DNA from: an uncultured Chloroflexia bacterium
GTDB lineage: Bacteria > Chloroflexota > Limnocylindria > Limnocylindrales > CSP1-4
NCBI GenBank assembly: GCA_963743795.1
Contig: CAVUQZ010000004.1
Span: 339,686 to 403,685 of the forward strand
Reading direction: 5' to 3'
DNA length: 64,000 nt
Below, one piece after another: positions 58,822 through 64,000 of the stretch. The first letter of the stretch is position 1, and the number at the start of each line of letters is the position of its first letter. The notes below the pieces were generated by a model that did no database searches, was not told the DNA's origin, and was given only the letters and a program-made list of their open reading frames with translations. Made by a program: the position numbers and the translations under genes.

Positions 58822-60894
58822 ATGCCTCACCGCCTGCCGTGGCGGATCCTGGGCGTGCTTGGCGTGGGGGTCCTCGCCGGCGGCTGCATGCTCCCGCCCG
58901 GGGTTCTCCTTCCGGTCATCCCCGGCCTCACGCAGCCGACGGCCGTAACCGAGCCGCTCGACGGCGCGGACCGGGACGGAGTTGCGGTCGCGATCTCCAG
59001 TCGGCTCTCGAGCCGCGCGTCCGTTCCGGTCGTGTACCTGGTTCCCGACGGGGCCTATGCCGATGCCGTGGCTGCAGGACCGGCGGCGGCACGAGACCGC
59101 GGGGCGATCCTCTACACGGCAAGCGGGTCGCTGCCGGCTGCCACAGCCGACGAGCTGGTCCGGCTGAATCCCGCCCGGGTAGAGGTGGTGGGCGCGACCT
59201 CGACGGTCGCCAACTCAGTCCTCGCCGGCGTAACGGCCAAACTGGGCTCCGGCACACTCGTGGAGCGCGTCTCCGGTCGGACCCCGGACGGCATGGCCGC
59301 GGCCCTTTCCACTCGATCGTTCGAGGCAGGCAGCGTGGAGACGGTGGTGGTCGCCTCGGCCGACAACTACTGGGATGCCGTCGCCGCGGGGCCGGCGGCG
59401 GCGACTCTGGGCGCGCCGCTCCTCCTCGTGACTCGCAACGCCCTGCCCACCACGACCGCGGCCGAGCTGCGACGCTTGGGTCCGAAGCGCGTGATCGTCG
59501 TGGGCAACACCGGGTCCGTCTCCGGCGCCGTCCTGACCGGGATCGATGCGATCGTCCCGGAGGTGGAACGCGTGTCGGGCGGCGATCGCTACGCCACTGC
59601 CGCGGCCGTCGCGGCTCGGTTCTTTCCGCGCGCATCAACCGCGGTGGCGACGAGCGGCGTGAGCGACACGGGTAGCCTCGCGGCCGTGCCACTGGCCGCG
59701 GAGAACGATGCTCCGATCCTCCTTGTCCAGGGGGGCGATCAGCTGCCATCCGCCACCCGGGACAGCCTGGTTTCCCTCAAGCCGAGCCTCATCTACACCG
59801 CCGGCCGGCTGTCCGAGATCATCCGTGGCGAGCTCCGCGGCTTCTCGGATGGAAGGCTGTCCGTGCCCACCGACAACGTGGCGTACTCGGCGGGCAGCGT
59901 CGGCTATCACGACCCGGGCGAGATGCTGACTCTCATCAAGGCCACCGAGATCGCCTACCCGTCGCTCGTCCACGTCTTCTCGATCGGCAAGAGCTACGAG
60001 GGTCGCGACATCTGGGCAGCGAAGGTTTCGGACAACGTGGCCCTCGACGAAAACGAGCCCGAGGTGCTCGTCGATGCGCTCCACCACGCGGCCGAGCGCC
60101 TAGGCGTGGAGCAGGCGCTGTATCTCCTCGCGACCCTGACTTCGGGCTACGCGAGCGACGCCCTCGTCCACCGGCTTGTCGACGAGCGCGAGATATGGAT
60201 CATCTTCGCCGTCAATCCGGACGGCTGGGCATACGACCTATCAGGCAACGGATATCAGTTCTGGCGCAAGAACCGCCAGCCCAACGGGAAGTACAACCCC
60301 GGGACTGATCTGAATCGAAACTACAGCTACAAATGGGGCTGTTGCTCGGCCAGCTCACCGAATGAATGGGATTGGAACTACAGGGGCCCGGCTCCGTTCT
60401 CGGCTCCTGAATCAAAGGCGGTCGCCGATTTCGTGGCCAGCCGCGTTGTAGACGGAAAGCAACAGATACGAACCCACGTGACTCTGCATACAAACGGCGA
60501 GCGCGTCCTCTATCCATACAGCTACACCTTGCAACGGCTGCCGAGCGACATGAATGCCGACGACTATGCGGTCTTCCGCAGCATGGCTCGAACCATGGCC
60601 GGCATGAACGGCTACACCGCTGAGCAGTCGAGCCAGCAATACCCCACCGACGGAGATGAGATCGACTGGCTCTACGCGACCTATCGGATCTTCTCCTTCA
60701 CCTTCGAGCTCTATCCGGATGAGAAGGCCGGGAAGGGCATCATCTACGTGCCCGATACAGTCATCGCCAAGCAGACGGCACGCAACCGCGGAGCGCTGCT
60801 CTACCTGATTGACGCCGCGGCTTGCCCTTATGCCGCCATCGGCAAGGCCGCGCAGTACTGCCCCGACGTGCCCGCGCCAACTCCCTCGCCGTAG
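58822..60894 (+). CDS. Lipoprotein: cell-wall-binding-repeat-2 (x3) + M14 zinc carboxypeptidase
   Basis: Lipobox LAGGC. CWB2 repeats GADR, ERVSGGDRYATA and APLLLV. Peptidase motifs SIGKSYEGR, HHAAE, NPDG, WRKNR, DLNRNY and FELYP. Confidence 0.88.
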   Translation: MPHRLPWRILGVLGVGVLAGGCMLPPGVLLPVIPGLTQPTAVTEPLDGADRDGVAVAISSRLSSRASVPVVYLVPDGAYADAVAAGPAAARDRGAILYTASGSLPAATADELVRLNPARVEVVGATSTVANSVLAGVTAKLGSGTLVERVSGRTPDGMAAALSTRSFEAGSVETVVVASADNYWDAVAAGPAAATLGAPLLLVTRNALPTTTAAELRRLGPKRVIVVGNTGSVSGAVLTGIDAIVPEVERVSGGDRYATAAAVAARFFPRASTAVATSGVSDTGSLAAVPLAAENDAPILLVQGGDQLPSATRDSLVSLKPSLIYTAGRLSEIIRGELRGFSDGRLSVPTDNVAYSAGSVGYHDPGEMLTLIKATEIAYPSLVHVFSIGKSYEGRDIWAAKVSDNVALDENEPEVLVDALHHAAERLGVEQALYLLATLTSGYASDALVHRLVDEREIWIIFAVNPDGWAYDLSGNGYQFWRKNRQPNGKYNPGTDLNRNYSYKWGCCSASSPNEWDWNYRGPAPFSAPESKAVADFVASRVVDGKQQIRTHVTLHTNGERVLYPYSYTLQRLPSDMNADDYAVFRSMARTMAGMNGYTAEQSSQQYPTDGDEIDWLYATYRIFSFTFELYPDEKAGKGIIYVPDTVIAKQTARNRGALLYLIDAAACPYAAIGKAAQYCPDVPAPTPSP

Positions 60895-60990
60895 CCGTGA
60901 AGCTGGCGTAGTCGGGCGGAACGCCCAAGCCCAACGGTATGCTCGCGTGGCCGAGCGTCTCAGGCAACTCGGACGAATGGAGGAGAAGCC

Positions 60991-61686
60991 GTGCTGGACA
61001 TCACGGGCAAGTGGGTGCTGCTCACGGGTGCGAGCCGCGGCATCGGCAGGCAGGTGGCTGGGGCATTGGCGGACAGAGGCTGTCGGCTCATCCTCCACAG
61101 CCGCAGTCACGAGCACACGGCCGCGCTGGTGGCCCAGTTCCAAGCGCGTGGCCTCACCGTGCATGCACTGGAAGCTGAACTCTCCGACCAGACGCAGGTG
61201 ATCGCCCTGGCGGAAGAAGCGCTGCGTATCTCCGGCGGAATCGACATTCTCTACAACAACGCCGCCATCCAGTCGCCCTGGCACGAAGACGTGTTCACCA
61301 CCGACCTGGACGAGTACGGGCTCAGCTTCCAGGTGAACACGATCGCGCCGATCACCCTCTGCAGCCTGATCCTGCCGGGCATGATCGAGCGGAAGTTCGG
61401 CCGGGTGGTGAACGTTACGTCGGGCATCACGGAGCAGCCCCAGCTCATGGCCTACGCCGCCTCCAAGGCTGCTCTGGACAAGTACGTCTACGACATGGCG
61501 CCCCATCTCGAGGGCACCGGCGTGACGATGAACCTGCTGGATCCCGGCTGGCTGCGCACCGATCTGGGCGGACCTCAGGCCCCCAACTCCGTGGAATCCG
61601 TGCTTCCGGGCGCCCTGGTACCCGTGCTGCTGGAGGATGGCACCTGCGGGGAGTGGTTCAGCGCCCAGGACTATCGAGAGGCGTGA
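60991..61686 (+). CDS. Short-chain dehydrogenase/reductase
   Basis: TGASRGIG, NNAA, YAASKA and PGWLRTD. Confidence 0.93.
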   Translation: MLDITGKWVLLTGASRGIGRQVAGALADRGCRLILHSRSHEHTAALVAQFQARGLTVHALEAELSDQTQVIALAEEALRISGGIDILYNNAAIQSPWHEDVFTTDLDEYGLSFQVNTIAPITLCSLILPGMIERKFGRVVNVTSGITEQPQLMAYAASKAALDKYVYDMAPHLEGTGVTMNLLDPGWLRTDLGGPQAPNSVESVLPGALVPVLLEDGTCGEWFSAQDYREA

Positions 61687-61705
61687 CCTGATGGGCGCCG
61701 CCGGC

Positions 61706-62545
61706 TCAGGGGATCCAGTTGAACTCGTCCGGGTTCGGGCCTCGGCGGCCGTTTCGATGGAGTCCTGAGATCGCCAGCATGTCGCCGTCCGACAGCTCGA
61801 AGTCGAAGAGGGCGAAGTTCTCCGCGATCCGCGCAGGCGTCACCGACTTGGGAAAGACGATGTCGCCCCGCTGGATGTGCCAGCGGAGGGTTACTTGCGC
61901 CGGGGTCCGGTTCAGTCGCCTTGCGATCTGCCCGATGGTGGGATCGTCCAGGACTTCCCCCTGAGCGATCGGCGACCACGCCTCCGTGGCGATTCCGTGT
62001 GCCTTGTCGTACGCCCGAACGTCGTCCTGGATGAAGTACGGGTGGATCTCGATCTGATTGACCGCCGGGGTGACCTCGGTCTCCCTGGCCAGCCGCTCGA
62101 GGTGGTGCGGCTTGAAGTTCGAGACGCCGATCGCCCTGACGCGTCGGGAGCGGTAGATCTCTTCGAGCGCCTTCCATGTCTCCACGAAGTCGCCGACGCC
62201 CGGCAGCGGCCAGTGGATGAGGAAGAGATCGAGATACTCGAGCTTCATTACCGCCAGCGATCGATCGAAGGCCGCCAAGGCGTCGTCATGGGCATGGAAG
62301 CCGTTGTTGAGCTTGCTCGTCACGAAGACGTCGGCCCGAGGGATACCGGAGTCGCGAATGGCCTGCGCGACCTCGCGCTCGTTGCCGTACATCTCCGCGG
62401 TGTCTATGTGGCGGTAGCCAACCTTCAAGGCCTCGAGCGTAGCCGCCCTGGTCTCGTTCGGCTCGATCTGGAAGACGCCGAACCCGAGCTGCGGGATCTC
62501 CACGCCGTTGTTGAGCTCGACGTTCGGAACTACGCTCACTGCCAT
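61706..62545 (-). CDS. Aldo/keto reductase (2,5-DKG reductase-like)
   Basis: LNNGVEIPQLGFGVFQ, GYRHIDTAEMYGNE, LFLIHWP, IGVSNF, NQIE and FPKS. Confidence 0.95.
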   Translation of the reverse strand: MAVSVVPNVELNNGVEIPQLGFGVFQIEPNETRAATLEALKVGYRHIDTAEMYGNEREVAQAIRDSGIPRADVFVTSKLNNGFHAHDDALAAFDRSLAVMKLEYLDLFLIHWPLPGVGDFVETWKALEEIYRSRRVRAIGVSNFKPHHLERLARETEVTPAVNQIEIHPYFIQDDVRAYDKAHGIATEAWSPIAQGEVLDDPTIGQIARRLNRTPAQVTLRWHIQRGDIVFPKSVTPARIAENFALFDFELSDGDMLAISGLHRNGRRGPNPDEFNWIP

Positions 62546-62713
62546 CTGTCTCCTACTGCTGGGTCGCGCATGGTCAGCGGCAGGGACGCCGGGCAGGTCG
62601 CGCCAAACCGCAGGGACTTCGAAGATCCAATTGTAGCCGCCGCGTCGCCGGCGACCGTCCAGGCTCCTGCGGCCGTCGGGGCTCCCGCAGCCGCCACGCA
62701 CGGGGCTGGCCGG

Positions 62714-63259
62714 CTACCGAAGAACAACGAGGATGACGATAACCAGCACGATCAGGATCGGCGTCCATGCCCAGGCCCAGCCGTTCGGGTCGGATGGCCC
62801 GCTGCCGATGCCGGTCGGCCGGATGCGCAGAAGGGGCTGGTCCGCGGTCCTTGCCTGAAGGGCCTCGTCGCTGGCGCGGTATGGGTTGAAGGCCTCGAAG
62901 ATCGCGGCAAAACCGGCGTTCTTGAGGATCTGGCGGATGACTATCGCTCGCTCTGTAGCGTCGTCCACCTCCGCGGCGTGGCCGGCAATCGCTCCTCCGG
63001 GCAGGATCACATCTATGTCGGGGTTGGCCTGCAGGTTGCGGAACCAGTCCGACGCCCTGCCGTAACCGGCCAGGCAGTAGACGCTGCCGTTGCGGATGGC
63101 GTAGTTGAGCGGCACGTATCGCACACGGCCGGTCTTCCGCCCGATGGTTCTCAAGACCATGATGTACCCAGTAAGCGGGTTGCCGAAGAACGGGCCGAGG
63201 CCCAGCCGGAACATCGGCACCATCAGGAACTTGTTCAGGAAGCGGAAGAAGCGGCGCAC
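62714..63259 (-). CDS. Deazaflavin (F420)-dependent nitroreductase family protein
   Basis: TIGRKTGRVR..PL and DWFRNLQANP motifs; C-terminal TM. Start uncertain. Confidence 0.85.
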   Translation of the reverse strand: MRRFFRFLNKFLMVPMFRLGLGPFFGNPLTGYIMVLRTIGRKTGRVRYVPLNYAIRNGSVYCLAGYGRASDWFRNLQANPDIDVILPGGAIAGHAAEVDDATERAIVIRQILKNAGFAAIFEAFNPYRASDEALQARTADQPLLRIRPTGIGSGPSDPNGWAWAWTPILIVLVIVILVVLR

Positions 63260-63274
63260 AGCGGTTCCTTTCGG

Positions 63275-63994
63275 CTAAGTCAGGCCTTTCAGGACGAAAG
63301 CCACGAACGCCGCCGTCAACCGTTCCGGCGGGATGGTCTCGTCGGCGACCTGGAAGTACGTGTTCAGGTACGGGAGCAGCTCGCTATCGCCGACACAGAG
63401 AGTCAGCGCATTGACCAGGCGAGCGGCCGCCTCCAGGTCCACGTCGGGACGGATCTCCCCACGGCCAGCAGCCTGCGCGAGCATCGCGTGCGTCAGCTCG
63501 CGCATGGCCGTGGCAATCGGCCGCACCACGCTCTCGGCGAAATCCGGATCTCCCTGGTACGCGGCCCGTCCGAAGAAACGCACCAGGCCCGTCTCCGTCT
63601 GCCCCCACTCCACTCCGACCGTGAGGTAAGTGGCGAGCGCGTCGCTCAGGGGCATCGCCAGCAGGTACGGACGCGACATCTCGAGGAAGTCGATCATGTA
63701 CCGGACGCACAGCTCGACGGCGAAGTCCAGCAGGCCGTCTCGCTTTGGGAAGTACTGGTAGAGCGATCCGACTGACACACCTGCCCGCCGGGCGACTTCC
63801 TTGACGTTCAGCGCCGCTGGCCCTCTCTCCGTGGCTTCCTCCAGGATCGCGTCGATGACCGCCTTCTGGCGGGGCGGGTCGAGGCGCCGGAAGGTGCGGG
63901 TCACCTTGCCGTCCTTCTCCAGCGCAAGGATGTACGGCGCCAGACTGATCCAATCGGAGTCGTTGGTCTGAGTCGTCCTGGCGGTGTGAACCAT
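63275..63994 (-). CDS. TetR/AcrR family transcriptional regulator
   Basis: HTH NVKEVARRAGVSVGSLYQYFPKRDGL; GEIRPDVD. The start is near the window edge. Confidence 0.9.
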   Translation of the reverse strand: MVHTARTTQTNDSDWISLAPYILALEKDGKVTRTFRRLDPPRQKAVIDAILEEATERGPAALNVKEVARRAGVSVGSLYQYFPKRDGLLDFAVELCVRYMIDFLEMSRPYLLAMPLSDALATYLTVGVEWGQTETGLVRFFGRAAYQGDPDFAESVVRPIATAMRELTHAMLAQAAGRGEIRPDVDLEAAARLVNALTLCVGDSELLPYLNTYFQVADETIPPERLTAAFVAFVLKGLT

Positions 63995-64000
63995 TGGTTC

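Overview
This is a very GC-rich bacterial chromosomal segment. Gene content and order suggest Chloroflexota, possibly a Ca. Limnocylindria-like lineage; that assignment is an inference. Positions ~1-45.3 kb are core genome: thrS(3' part)-infC-rpmI-rplT-pheST-cvpA-mpg-mutS2-femX-murJ, a class A PBP, tyrS, a TrpR-like (YerC/HisR)-led hisGDCBHF(IE) operon with divergent hisA, an LCP protein, EF-G2, yebC-ruvCAB-tgt-sORF-recA-recX-rny-ymdB-PHP-miaB-miaA-hflX and a polyprenol-phosphate mannose synthase. Positions ~45.3-64 kb are an accessory region with two toxin-antitoxin modules, restriction-modification debris, lipoproteins and assorted enzymes. Many genes carry single-base indels, including essential ones, most densely at 19-25.7 kb; these look like long-read consensus errors. 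The most striking unannotated signal is a pair of putative non-coding RNA genes flanking the ppm1-like gene (43771-44046 and 45137-45218). They share an identical 13-bp 5'/3' terminal helix and an identically spaced upstream architecture (SOS-box-like site, two DnaA-box-like sites, -10 element) but have unrelated interiors. Other unannotated items are a 6S-RNA-like hairpin before rny, a 50-aa ORF before recA, a TGT with queuine-salvage-type pocket residues, a TrpR-like tandem operator at the his locus, and an hsdM relic.
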